Shown in pieces: positions 45,927-54,038 of a DNA stretch of 64,000 nucleotides. The stretch is from Patescibacteria group bacterium. GTDB taxonomy: Bacteria; Patescibacteriota; Minisyncoccia; Phycocordibacterales; JACOZG01. The DNA is taken from assembly GCA_034658935.1 (NCBI GenBank), contig JAYEGE010000010.1, forward strand, positions 3,903 through 67,902. Direction: 5' to 3'. The notes under the pieces were generated by a model. It saw only the letters and a list, made by a program, of their open reading frames with translations, ran no database searches and was not told where the DNA came from. Each line of letters opens with the position of its first letter. Positions within the stretch are counted from its first letter, which is position 1. Both the position numbers and the translations under genes were made by a program.

Positions 45927-46349
45927 TGGTGGAGATGGGCGGAATCGAACCGCCGTTCAAATAGTTGTTGTAAGAGAATCTACGTGTGTAGCTAGTTTTT
46001 TGTTTTAAGCTCAGTACCTATAAAGCCAGCAAAACAATACTGAGCCGGACCTCTAAGTTTTCGGATCCTTAGCGAGATAGACTAAGGGACCTAGCTCGCG
46101 AGAATTACACTCTAGTCCGCGGCACGAGCGCCTGACGGGTAGAATGCCTACTTAAGCCTACAACACTAAAAGTGTCGGCCGGCGCTGAAAGCGCTTAGGC
46201 TAAAGCGAAAGCAGGGGTGAAGTATGGCGAAGCCACACCTCGGTCAGATGAATTGGCATTTATCTGGTTTGCCAACAGGTTTACGAGTCTTTTGGCCTCC
46301 TCGACACGCACACTTAAAACAGGACTACCTGTCTAAGCCGATCATCCCC
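45927..46349 (-). ncRNA. ssrA: tmRNA (SsrA)
   Basis: On the minus strand the 5' end is GGGGAUGAUCGGCUUAGACAGG, a shape comparable to E. coli GGGGCUGAUUCUGGAUUCGACGGG. A PK1-like CGAGGAGGCC...CUCGUAAA is present. The candidate tag ORF is ...GCU UUC GCU UUA GCC UAA (…PAFALA*). The 3' end is GGCGGUUCGAUUCCGCCCAUCUCCACCA, which is T-arm, acceptor and CCA. It lies immediately downstream of smpB. Confidence 0.75.
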
Positions 46350-46350
46350 A

Positions 46351-46794
46351 TTATTGGTTTTTCAAGGTTCGCTGGATCTCGATATCCGTCTCGCGTTTCT
46401 TGATGATACTGCGCTTGTCGCGTTTCTTCTTACCTCGGGCTATAGCTAGCTCTAGCTTCAAGCGTCGTCCTTTATTATACACAGCAAGCGGGATAATTGT
46501 CAACCCCTTCTTATCCTCAACTCCCCCTAATTGTTCCAATTCCTTTTTCGTTAGTAGTAGCCGGAGATTGCGGTCTCCCTCATGCCCCTCAGGTATGTTT
46601 TTGGCTTGGTAGGGATGGATACTCGCGCCAACTAAATAGGCTTCACCCCCACGGACAAGGACTCGAGACCCAGTCAAATTAGCTTCACCGGCGCGGAGGG
46701 ATTTCACTTCATGGCCATAGAGTTCTAGGCCCGCTTCAAAGCGCTCAAGAATTTCGTAATCAAAACTAGCCTTTTTGTTGCTTACCAGGGCCAT
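46351..46794 (-). CDS. smpB: SsrA-binding protein SmpB
   Basis: Contains FDYEILERFEAGLELYGHEVKSLR and a C-terminal basic tail. Confidence 0.95.
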   Translation of the reverse strand: MALVSNKKASFDYEILERFEAGLELYGHEVKSLRAGEANLTGSRVLVRGGEAYLVGASIHPYQAKNIPEGHEGDRNLRLLLTKKELEQLGGVEDKKGLTIIPLAVYNKGRRLKLELAIARGKKKRDKRSIIKKRETDIEIQRTLKNQ

Positions 46795-46898
46795 GGCCCC
46801 ATTTTAGCACCCCCGTCTCCGTTGTCGATCGTTGGGCGAGGCAGGAGTCTTGACCTGGGGGCCTTAATATAGAAGTATGGGGTTAGAAGTTCGGCGTT

Positions 46899-47504
46899 GT
46901 GCTGAATAAAAGTACCTTGTTGGGGGCTATCAATACAGGAGATGCGTTGATGAGCGGTAAGACGATGATTCAGATTTTGGTGTTTGTCGTGTTGGCCGCG
47001 GTGGTGGTATCGGCGAGATTGGTGGGGCATTTGCCCAATTTTACGCCCATCATTGCTGTGTCGCTTTTCGCGGGCTTCTTCTTCGCTCAGCGTTGGCTGG
47101 CGATCGTTCTGATCGTGGCGGCGATGGGGATTAGCGACTTGTTCCTCGGTTTTTACCAACCGGCGATCATGTTGGTGGTGTATGCGAGTTTGCTCTTGCC
47201 GATCGCGGCACGTAGTATTCTGCGGAAGGGGCTAACCGTGCCTCGTATCGGATTGACCGCGGTGGGCTGCTCGTTTACCTTCTTTCTGGCGACAAACCTA
47301 GCCGTGTGGCTGTTCTCCGGGATGTATGTCCTGACGATCACTGGTCTGGTGGAGTGCTACGTTGCGGCCCTGCCATTCTACAAGTACCAGCTAATGGGTG
47401 ATGCGTTTTGGACGACATCTCTGTTTGGCTGCTACGCCCTCTCCGGCCTTGAAAGAAGGCCCGGCGAGGCCCCATCGTCCTTTGGGTTAGCGTTGGAAGG
47501 TTGA
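46899..47504 (+). CDS. Hypothetical polytopic membrane protein (about 5 TM; possibly a small-molecule or ECF-type substrate-binding component)
   Basis: A hydrophobic 201-aa ORF. No catalytic motifs. Confidence 0.45.
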   Translation: MLNKSTLLGAINTGDALMSGKTMIQILVFVVLAAVVVSARLVGHLPNFTPIIAVSLFAGFFFAQRWLAIVLIVAAMGISDLFLGFYQPAIMLVVYASLLLPIAARSILRKGLTVPRIGLTAVGCSFTFFLATNLAVWLFSGMYVLTITGLVECYVAALPFYKYQLMGDAFWTTSLFGCYALSGLERRPGEAPSSFGLALEG

Positions 47505-47566
47505 TGACGTAGGTTAGGCCCAGACACTCCGTGATAGGCCCGCCATGTAGGCGGGCAGGCAAGCAA

Positions 47567-47584
47567 GATCCGCCGCGGCGGATG
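47567..47584. repeat. Palindrome GATCCGCCGCGGCGGATG (copy 1; a second copy is at 50863-50880)
   Basis: An identical 16-nt core ATCCGCCGCGGCGGAT at both loci. An adjacent hairpin GCCCGCC-ATGTA-GGCGGGC is at 47539-47557. Confidence 0.75.
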
Positions 47585-47600
47585 TTTAAATCCAAATATC

Positions 47601-47649
47601 AAACTTGGACACTCGGTGTCGCACACCCAGACACCAAGTGTCCAAGTTT
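47601..47649. repeat. Composite palindromic element AAACTTGGACACTCGGTGTC-GCACACCCA-GACACCAAGTGTCCAAGTTT
   Basis: 17-20-bp arms with one mismatch. Same family as 6926-6968, and directly followed by a terminator hairpin. Confidence 0.85.
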
Positions 47650-47682
47650 GGTCGGCCCCCCCAGGAGGGGGCTTTTTTCTTA
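47650..47682 (+). terminator. Rho-independent terminator (GGCCCCCCC-AGGA-GGGGGGC plus TTTTTTC)
   Basis: A GC stem and T-run read directly. Confidence 0.7.
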
Positions 47683-47685
47683 CGA

Positions 47686-48048
47686 TTACTCTTGAGGGAC
47701 GTCGGGGGTAGACGTAGCGTTAGAGCTAGTGGCCACTCTTGTTGCCAGTTCTTCGTTTGTTTTAATATCGGCGGCTGGAGTTTCTACGTTAGCTAATAGA
47801 TTTTCTCGTTCGACAACCAGGCGTTGCTCGGCTTGAGCCACTAGGCGTAGCTGCCTGGAGCCATAGGTAAAGAGTCCCACTAGCACTAGTACTGCTCCTA
47901 GTCCAGCAAGCAAGAGAAGTATAGTCATCCCTGACCGCGATGTAGTCATACTATTACCCATTAGGGTACTCCGAGTCTCTTGGGGGGTCAAGGCAGATAT
48001 CGACAGCTCCAAAACGTGGCCCAAATTATGACACGCGTCCACTCGCAC
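47686..48048 (-). CDS. Hypothetical single-pass membrane protein
   Basis: An ORF with an ILLLLAGLGAVLVLVGLF TM segment. Weak support. Confidence 0.3.
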   Translation of the reverse strand: MRVDACHNLGHVLELSISALTPQETRSTLMGNSMTTSRSGMTILLLLAGLGAVLVLVGLFTYGSRQLRLVAQAEQRLVVERENLLANVETPAADIKTNEELATRVATSSNATSTPDVPQE

Positions 48049-48155
48049 TTCTCCACAGCATATTTTCTCTCTAACCGGCGTGCATCGCTATACTTTCCAT
48101 TGGTGCTGGTCTTTGTATGTAGGGTAGGATAGACAACAAGAGGAGAAGTCGAGTC

Positions 48156-48542
48156 ATGAACAATCACGGATTGGGAGTTCTTCGGTCTTTTTTGAGAGAT
48201 ACCAAGACAAATCTGGAGCGACTGCAGCTGGCTGCTAGTAATGGAAGTCGTAAGCGTGTCAGAGCTTGTCTGAGTATCGCCGCTTGTGTACCAGAACGGG
48301 TTAACCTCCATTGGTACAGGGAACCTGGGGAAAATGACAAGTGGGAGCGAGAGTTGCCAGATGAGCAGGCCCAGATTCTGGGCGGCCTATTGGGAGACAT
48401 GGATACTCAGTGCTGCTCTTTGGCTCAGGGGCAGTTCCCCCTAGGTGAAATCAGGAGGATTGCTGGGGGTTGGATCTCTCAGGTGGATCTTCTCGCACGG
48501 GCCCTTCCTACCACGGAAGCGGCCGCTATGGTTGGTCGCTAG
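48156..48542 (+). CDS. Hypothetical protein (128 aa)
   Basis: An ORF only, upstream of ftsH. Confidence 0.25.
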   Translation: MNNHGLGVLRSFLRDTKTNLERLQLAASNGSRKRVRACLSIAACVPERVNLHWYREPGENDKWERELPDEQAQILGGLLGDMDTQCCSLAQGQFPLGEIRRIAGGWISQVDLLARALPTTEAAAMVGR

Positions 48543-48677
48543 TCCGAATCGGTGTTGCTGTATCGCCCCATCCGCTCTTGCGGGTGGGGCCTTTTGTCTG
48601 ATGGCCATCGGACAATTCGCCGAAGAGGCGTGGTCATTCCCAAAATAACCATTGCCTGCTATAATCAGCCGACTAAG

Positions 48678-50603
48678 ATGAGTACTAAGAAGAGGCGAAG
48701 ACCAAGGGCTCGGCGCTTGCGTGGCGGTCCGTTAGGGCAACTCAGCACCCAATTATTGGGGGTGATTTTGATTTTGATCACTGTGGTGGCGCTTTATTCT
48801 CTTATCGCTGACCAGGGGGAAGAGATGGAGGAGGTGACCTTTTCAGAAGTGGCTCGCCAAGTGTTAGCTGGTGACGTGGCGCAGATCGCCGTCGAGGGCG
48901 ATGAATTAGAAATTGAACTACGGGGTGGCGAGACTCAATTGTCCCAGAAAGAAACAGAATCTTCCTTATCTGAAGCCCTGGCCGCTTACGGCGTTACCGC
49001 TGAGCAATTGGCTATCGTAGATATTGAGATTAAGGGGCCTGGCGGTTTCTCCTTCTGGTTGGTTAACTTGCTCCCAATTATCTTGCCGATTTTCTTTGTC
49101 CTCTTTCTCTTTTGGTTGATTTCTAAACAAATGAAAGGGGCGAGTATGCAGGCCCTCTCCTTCGGCCAATCGAAGGCCAGGATTATTGATCCTAACGATA
49201 CCAAGCAGAGGATTACTTTTAAGGATGTAGCTGGGGTCAAGGAGGCCAAGGAGGAATTATTAGAGATCGTTGATTTCTTAAAGAACCCTAAGAAGTTTTT
49301 AGACATTGGCGCTCGTATTCCCAAGGGAGTGATCTTAATGGGTGCGCCGGGGACAGGTAAGACTCTGTTGGCCCGCGCAGTGGCGGGGGAGGCGCAGGTG
49401 CCCTTTCTCTATCTCTCTGGCTCTGACTTCGTAGAGATGTTTGTTGGTGTCGGTGCCTCGAGAGTACGGGATCTTTTCAACATGGCCAAGAAAATGGCTC
49501 CCTCGATTATCTTTGTCGATGAAATCGATGCTATTGGTCGGCATCGTGGCTCGGGTATGGGCGGCGGCAATGATGAACGGGAGCAGACTCTCAACCAGAT
49601 TCTGGTTGAGATGGATGGCTTTGAGCCGAATCAGAAATTGATTGTAATGGCGGCGACCAATAGGCCAGATGTGTTAGACCCGGCTCTCTTGCGCCCCGGT
49701 CGCTTTGATCGTCGCGTACTCTTAGACAATCCAGATATCAAAGATCGGGAAGAGATCTTGAAAATTTATGCTCGTAAGAAGCCCTTGGGAGAGGATGTTA
49801 ATTTGCAAACTATTGCCCAGCGGACACCTGGCTTCTCTGGCGCGGACTTGGCTAACTTAATGAACGAGGCGGCCATTTTAGCAGCTCGGGAAGACAGAAA
49901 GGAGATCTCTCAATACGATGTTATCCGCAGTGTCGAGAAGGTGATGCTTGGCCCTGAGCGTAAGAGCCATATCCTATCGGAGCGAGAGAAGAAGGTCACC
50001 GCCTACCACGAGATGGGGCATGCCCTAGTCGCTTCTATTCTCGAACATTCTGATCCGGTTCATAAGGTTTCCATTATTTCACGCGGACATGCGGCTGGTT
50101 ATACCCTCAAGCTTCCTTCCGAAGATAAGAAACTTCAAACTAGGCAGGAGTTCCTAGATGATATCGCTGTTTCTTTGGGTGGTTATGCCACTGAGCAAAT
50201 CATTTTTGGCGATATTACTACTGGTGCCTCCAGCGACATATCTGTGGCCACTGATTTGGCTCGCAATATGGTGACTAAGTATGGGATGAGCGACAAGTTG
50301 GGGCCGGTGGCCCTGGGCGCTAGTGAGCGAGCCTTCACCGCTTGGGGCGGTTTGAGCGAACGTCAAGTTTCAGAGTCGGTAGCTTCGGCTGTGGATGCGG
50401 AGGTGTCGCGGATTATGAACGAATCTTTAACTCGGGCTCGAGAAATTTTGACTACCCATCGCGCGGCCTTAGATAACCTAAGTGAGACCTTGATCAAAAA
50501 CGAAACAATAGACCGAGAGGAATTTGAGAAATTATTGACTGCGAATGGTATCCAGCTTAAAGAGAAGGATTGCTTGGCTGCAGATAAGGCGCTGGAGGCT
50601 TAA
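48678..50603 (+). CDS. ftsH: ATP-dependent zinc metalloprotease FtsH
   Basis: Two N-terminal TM helices, AAA Walker A GAPGTGKT, Walker [13 protein letters not shown], and HEMGHA (HExxH). The start was trimmed to MSTKKRRR. Confidence 0.95.
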   Translation: MSTKKRRRPRARRLRGGPLGQLSTQLLGVILILITVVALYSLIADQGEEMEEVTFSEVARQVLAGDVAQIAVEGDELEIELRGGETQLSQKETESSLSEALAAYGVTAEQLAIVDIEIKGPGGFSFWLVNLLPIILPIFFVLFLFWLISKQMKGASMQALSFGQSKARIIDPNDTKQRITFKDVAGVKEAKEELLEIVDFLKNPKKFLDIGARIPKGVILMGAPGTGKTLLARAVAGEAQVPFLYLSGSDFVEMFVGVGASRVRDLFNMAKKMAPSIIFVDEIDAIGRHRGSGMGGGNDEREQTLNQILVEMDGFEPNQKLIVMAATNRPDVLDPALLRPGRFDRRVLLDNPDIKDREEILKIYARKKPLGEDVNLQTIAQRTPGFSGADLANLMNEAAILAAREDRKEISQYDVIRSVEKVMLGPERKSHILSEREKKVTAYHEMGHALVASILEHSDPVHKVSIISRGHAAGYTLKLPSEDKKLQTRQEFLDDIAVSLGGYATEQIIFGDITTGASSDISVATDLARNMVTKYGMSDKLGPVALGASERAFTAWGGLSERQVSESVASAVDAEVSRIMNESLTRAREILTTHRAALDNLSETLIKNETIDREEFEKLLTANGIQLKEKDCLAADKALEA

Positions 50604-50645
50604 CTTGGCACCAGCAGGCCTCTGAGCTAGGATTAGAGGAGGAGA

Positions 50646-50718
50646 GTGCCCATAGCTCAATGGTTAGAGCGCCAAGCTTATATCTTGGTGGTTCCAGGTT
50701 CGAGTCCTGGTGGGCACA
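50646..50718 (+). tRNA. tRNA-Ile with anticodon UAU (AUA-decoding). No CCA is encoded.
   Basis: Hand-folded cloverleaf. Acceptor GTGCCCA/TGGGCAC, D-arm GCTC-AATGGTTA-GAGC, anticodon stem CCAAG/CTTGG with loop CTTATAT (U33, A37), T-arm CCAGG-TTCGAGT-CCTGG, discriminator A. Confidence 0.7.
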
Positions 50719-50862
50719 TAAAATAAAGGAGACTCATGCGGATGCATGAGATGACTATTATTTTATAGTGCCCACCAGGACTCGAAAGACGGAGCCGGTA
50801 TACAAGACGAGTGAAGCGAGTGCTTGTCGGCGAGTCGGGGTCGAGAGTACTTAGATTTTTGC

Positions 50863-50880
50863 GAATCCGCCGCGGCGGAT
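50863..50880. repeat. Palindrome GAATCCGCCGCGGCGGATGA (copy 2), embedded in a longer TTTTTGC...GCAAAAA inverted repeat
   Basis: Read directly; the same 16-nt core as 47567-47584. Confidence 0.75.
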
Positions 50881-50932
50881 GAAGCAAAAAGCTTAGTAAC
50901 TCGTGACCGAGTTCTGCATAAAAAGAGCGCCC

Positions 50933-51241
50933 CTAGGTTGGGGCGCTGACTGTTTCTGGATCTCCATCTACGACCGGCTCGGTAGTCTCTGCTTTTTCCC
51001 TGGCCGCTACGGCCTTCTCCTCGAGAACTTTCCGGATCTTGTCGGCCTGTACGCGTCCACAGGAACAATGTCCGGTTCCTGGAGTCGCACAGCTGCCGGC
51101 GTGTCCTTCTGGGATTTCTCGCAACTTACACAAAGCTGTACCCAGGAGCAAAAGATTCTGGTCGTCGATCTCCATGTGGCCGATGATATCCACCGCCGCT
51201 TCTAGTATTCTTAAAGCTTGCTGTTGGGCGTCCATGCGCAC
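50933..51241 (-). CDS. Hypothetical Cys/His-containing small protein (102 aa)
   Basis: An ORF divergent from glyA. Contains CATPGTGHCSCG. No confident family. An overlapping ORF on the plus strand makes the call uncertain. Confidence 0.3.
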   Translation of the reverse strand: MRMDAQQQALRILEAAVDIIGHMEIDDQNLLLLGTALCKLREIPEGHAGSCATPGTGHCSCGRVQADKIRKVLEEKAVAAREKAETTEPVVDGDPETVSAPT

Positions 51242-51327
51242 CTCCCTTTCTAATCGACTAGATTAACAACGGCCACCTGGTCTGTCAACAGCTTTTTACT
51301 CCGAGATGCGTCTGTTACACTGTCATC

Positions 51328-52545
51328 ATGCGTGATCAGGAGATAAACAAATTAATCAAGACAGAGGCTAAGCGCCAGAAGCGGGTCATTAATCTTATCG
51401 CCTCAGAGAATTATGTTTCTAAGGATGTGCTGGCGGCTTTGGGGAGCGGGTTAGTTAATAAATACGCCGAAGGTTATCCGGGGGCTCGTTATTATGGTGG
51501 CAATCAAGTGGTTGATGAAGTGGAGACTTTGGTCAAGAAGCGGTCCCTGAAACTTTTTGGGCTATCAGGCACAAGATGGGCGATGAATGTCCAAGCACTC
51601 TCTGGCTCACCAGCCAACCTGGCCGCCTACACCGCTTTGGTTCCATTGGGCGGTAAGATCATGGCGATGAAGCTAGACCACGGCGGCCATCTTACTCATG
51701 GCCATAAGGTTTCTTTGACTGGTAAGGTCTGGGATTTCGTCCACTACGGAGTGGGCGAGGGGAGTGAGCGACTAGACTATGAGATGCTTATGGAGATGGC
51801 CAAGAAGGAGAAGCCCCGGCTCATCGTTGCTGGCTTCACTGCTTACTCTAGGAAGATTGATTTTAAAAAATTTCGCGAGATTGCCGATGCTGTTGGAGCC
51901 TACTTGATGGTTGATATGTCACATTTCGCTGGTCTTGTTGCCGGCAGAGCTTACCCGCCACCATTTAAATATGCTGATGTGGTAACGACGACGACCCATA
52001 AGACCTTGCGTGGGCCTAGGGCGGCCCTAATCTTTTCTCGGAAGGTCTCGATCAAGCATCTTAAGCGGGCTCCTGGTCTGCACGAGCTAATAGACAAGGC
52101 GGTTTTCCCGGGTCTCCAGGGCGGCCCTCATCTTAATCAGATTGCCGCTGTGGGCGTGGCGCTCAAGGAGGCGATGGCCCCAGAATTTAAAAAATACGCT
52201 GAACAAGTGGTGAAGAATGCCAAGGTATTGGCCGGCGAGCTTGCTCGCTTAGGCTGGCGGGTGGTCTCTGGGGGCACAGACAGTCATCTATTATTACTTG
52301 ATGTTTGGAACGGGGGTGATCCCTCGACAAGCTTGGGACAACCGCTCACTGGCCATGAAGCCAGCGAGCGGTTGGAGGAGGCGGGGATCATCGTGAATAA
52401 GAATACCATCCCTTTTGACACCAGGTCGCCGCGAGATCCTTCCGGCATTCGCCTAGGCACTGCTGCTGAAACAACGCGAGGGAAGAAGGAGGCTGATATG
52501 GTAAAGATCGCCCATAAGATCGACAAGGTCCTGCGCTCAATATAG
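51328..52545 (+). CDS. glyA: Serine hydroxymethyltransferase
   Basis: LIASENYVS, YAEGYPGARYYGG, and TTTTHKTLRGPR (PLP-Lys motif). Confidence 0.95.
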   Translation: MRDQEINKLIKTEAKRQKRVINLIASENYVSKDVLAALGSGLVNKYAEGYPGARYYGGNQVVDEVETLVKKRSLKLFGLSGTRWAMNVQALSGSPANLAAYTALVPLGGKIMAMKLDHGGHLTHGHKVSLTGKVWDFVHYGVGEGSERLDYEMLMEMAKKEKPRLIVAGFTAYSRKIDFKKFREIADAVGAYLMVDMSHFAGLVAGRAYPPPFKYADVVTTTTHKTLRGPRAALIFSRKVSIKHLKRAPGLHELIDKAVFPGLQGGPHLNQIAAVGVALKEAMAPEFKKYAEQVVKNAKVLAGELARLGWRVVSGGTDSHLLLLDVWNGGDPSTSLGQPLTGHEASERLEEAGIIVNKNTIPFDTRSPRDPSGIRLGTAAETTRGKKEADMVKIAHKIDKVLRSI

Positions 52546-52595
52546 ATATCTGTTAAAATAAAGGCAATAGCAGTTTTATTAATAGTCATAAATTT

Positions 52596-53174
52596 ATGAG
52601 TAAGAAAACTTGGTGGGTAATTGGGATAATCGTTGTGATCCTGATCATATGGTGGGTGGCTTCTGCTCCTCAGCCGGTAGACACTCCAGAAGGTGCTATT
52701 AGTGGTCAAGAGGCTTTAAGTTTTAGGACTAGTTTGAGGAGCGTCTTAATTAGGCTTGTTCCCTCTCTTGGGAGGAGGATTAAAACTGAGGCTGAGAAGA
52801 TTGATGATTGCGTGGATGACTGCAATGACGATCTTGGGGACTGTCTTGATCGTGCGAAGAATAAATATAAGAAATGTACCAACGGTGGTGGTCCCGGGGA
52901 TGAGCTGTATGACAATCTCCACGACTGTATTGAGGATGTGAACGATCAATATGAGGATAGTGTGAAGCAGTGCGATGAGACTTTTCAACGGAATGGGGAT
53001 CAAGACGCCTATGATGAATGTATGGAGTGGGCCGATTCTTTCCATGAGGGCCAGACCCAAGAATGTCGAGACAGATATGATAATACCGACACTAATAGGT
53101 GCATAGACGACTACAATGAAGCCAGGTCGCTGTGCGCTGCTGCCTATAACGCATGTAGGGCCACTTGCTACTAG
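52596..53174 (+). CDS. Membrane-anchored extracytoplasmic Cys- and Asp-rich protein
   Basis: N-terminal anchor WWVIGIIVVILIIWWVA, then an acidic domain with about 14 Cys (CVDDCNDDLGDCLD...CRATCY). Confidence 0.55.
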   Translation: MSKKTWWVIGIIVVILIIWWVASAPQPVDTPEGAISGQEALSFRTSLRSVLIRLVPSLGRRIKTEAEKIDDCVDDCNDDLGDCLDRAKNKYKKCTNGGGPGDELYDNLHDCIEDVNDQYEDSVKQCDETFQRNGDQDAYDECMEWADSFHEGQTQECRDRYDNTDTNRCIDDYNEARSLCAAAYNACRATCY

Positions 53175-53229
53175 AAGAATAGGGATCTGAATGTCCCCAA
53201 ATCCCTCGCCAGTTGGCGGGGGATTTTGA

Positions 53230-54012
53230 TTGCTCGGCTGTGGATTAGGGGGTGGGGTGGAGATCGGATATAATGGGCAGGTGATTAAGAAAAAGCGAGC
53301 GGTCAAAAAAGGTAAATTGATTGTCGTCGACGGGGCCGACGGTTCTGGTAAGGCCACCCAATCAGCACTCTTGGCACGAGCCTTGCGCAAGCGGGGCGCC
53401 AAGGTTAAAGCAATCGATTTTCCACAATACCAACAGAATTTCTTTGGTGGTTTGATTGGTCGCTACCTAGCTGGAGAGTTTGGCGATTTCATCCAGCATG
53501 ATCCCTACCTGGCATCGGTTCTCTACGCTGCCGACCGCTTCGAGACTAGCAAGAAGATCCGTCGTTGGCTTGAAGATGGCTATATTGTTGTTGCCGACCG
53601 CTATGCCAGTGCCAACCAGATCCACCAGGGGAGCAAAATAACTGATCTCAAGAAGCGCAAGCTCTTCCTGGACTGGCTCGATGAGATGGAATTCGATGTT
53701 TTCGCTATCCCGCGCCCCGACCTGGTGGTTTATCTGGAAGTACCGTCTAGAGTCTCAGCTCGTTTATTGAAATACAAGCGCTCGTCTAATAAAAAGAAAT
53801 ACTTGAGTAAGACCGGCGCCGGCCGGGACGTAGCCGAGTCTAATCTCGAACATCAGCAAGCTTCTCGTCACAGCGCGATGGAGTTGGTGCGGCAACGTAA
53901 CGATTGGCGACAAATCAATTGCGCCCCCGACGGTACCATCATGCCACGTGAAGCTATTCATGAATGGGTCATCGCCGCGGTAGTGCCAGTCCTCAAATTA
54001 AAGAGTCTCTAA
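53230..54012 (+). CDS. tmk: Thymidylate kinase
   Basis: P-loop VVDGADGSGKATQ, the DRY motif (DRYASAN) and a lid region. Confidence 0.85.
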   Translation: MLGCGLGGGVEIGYNGQVIKKKRAVKKGKLIVVDGADGSGKATQSALLARALRKRGAKVKAIDFPQYQQNFFGGLIGRYLAGEFGDFIQHDPYLASVLYAADRFETSKKIRRWLEDGYIVVADRYASANQIHQGSKITDLKKRKLFLDWLDEMEFDVFAIPRPDLVVYLEVPSRVSARLLKYKRSSNKKKYLSKTGAGRDVAESNLEHQQASRHSAMELVRQRNDWRQINCAPDGTIMPREAIHEWVIAAVVPVLKLKSL

Positions 54013-54038
54013 GTTCCTGCTGTCCCGTATATTAGGGT

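Noticed and set aside
45616-46008. 130-aa ORF on the plus strand
   Set aside because: It overlaps the antisense of the tmRNA gene and its terminators; the composition is not protein-like. Treated as spurious.
50903-51205. 100-aa plus-strand ORF overlapping the minus-strand Cys-rich ORF upstream of glyA
   Set aside because: The two overlapping ORFs cannot both be real. The minus-strand one has a more protein-like helical N-terminus, but neither has family support. The plus-strand ORF is left out of the features.
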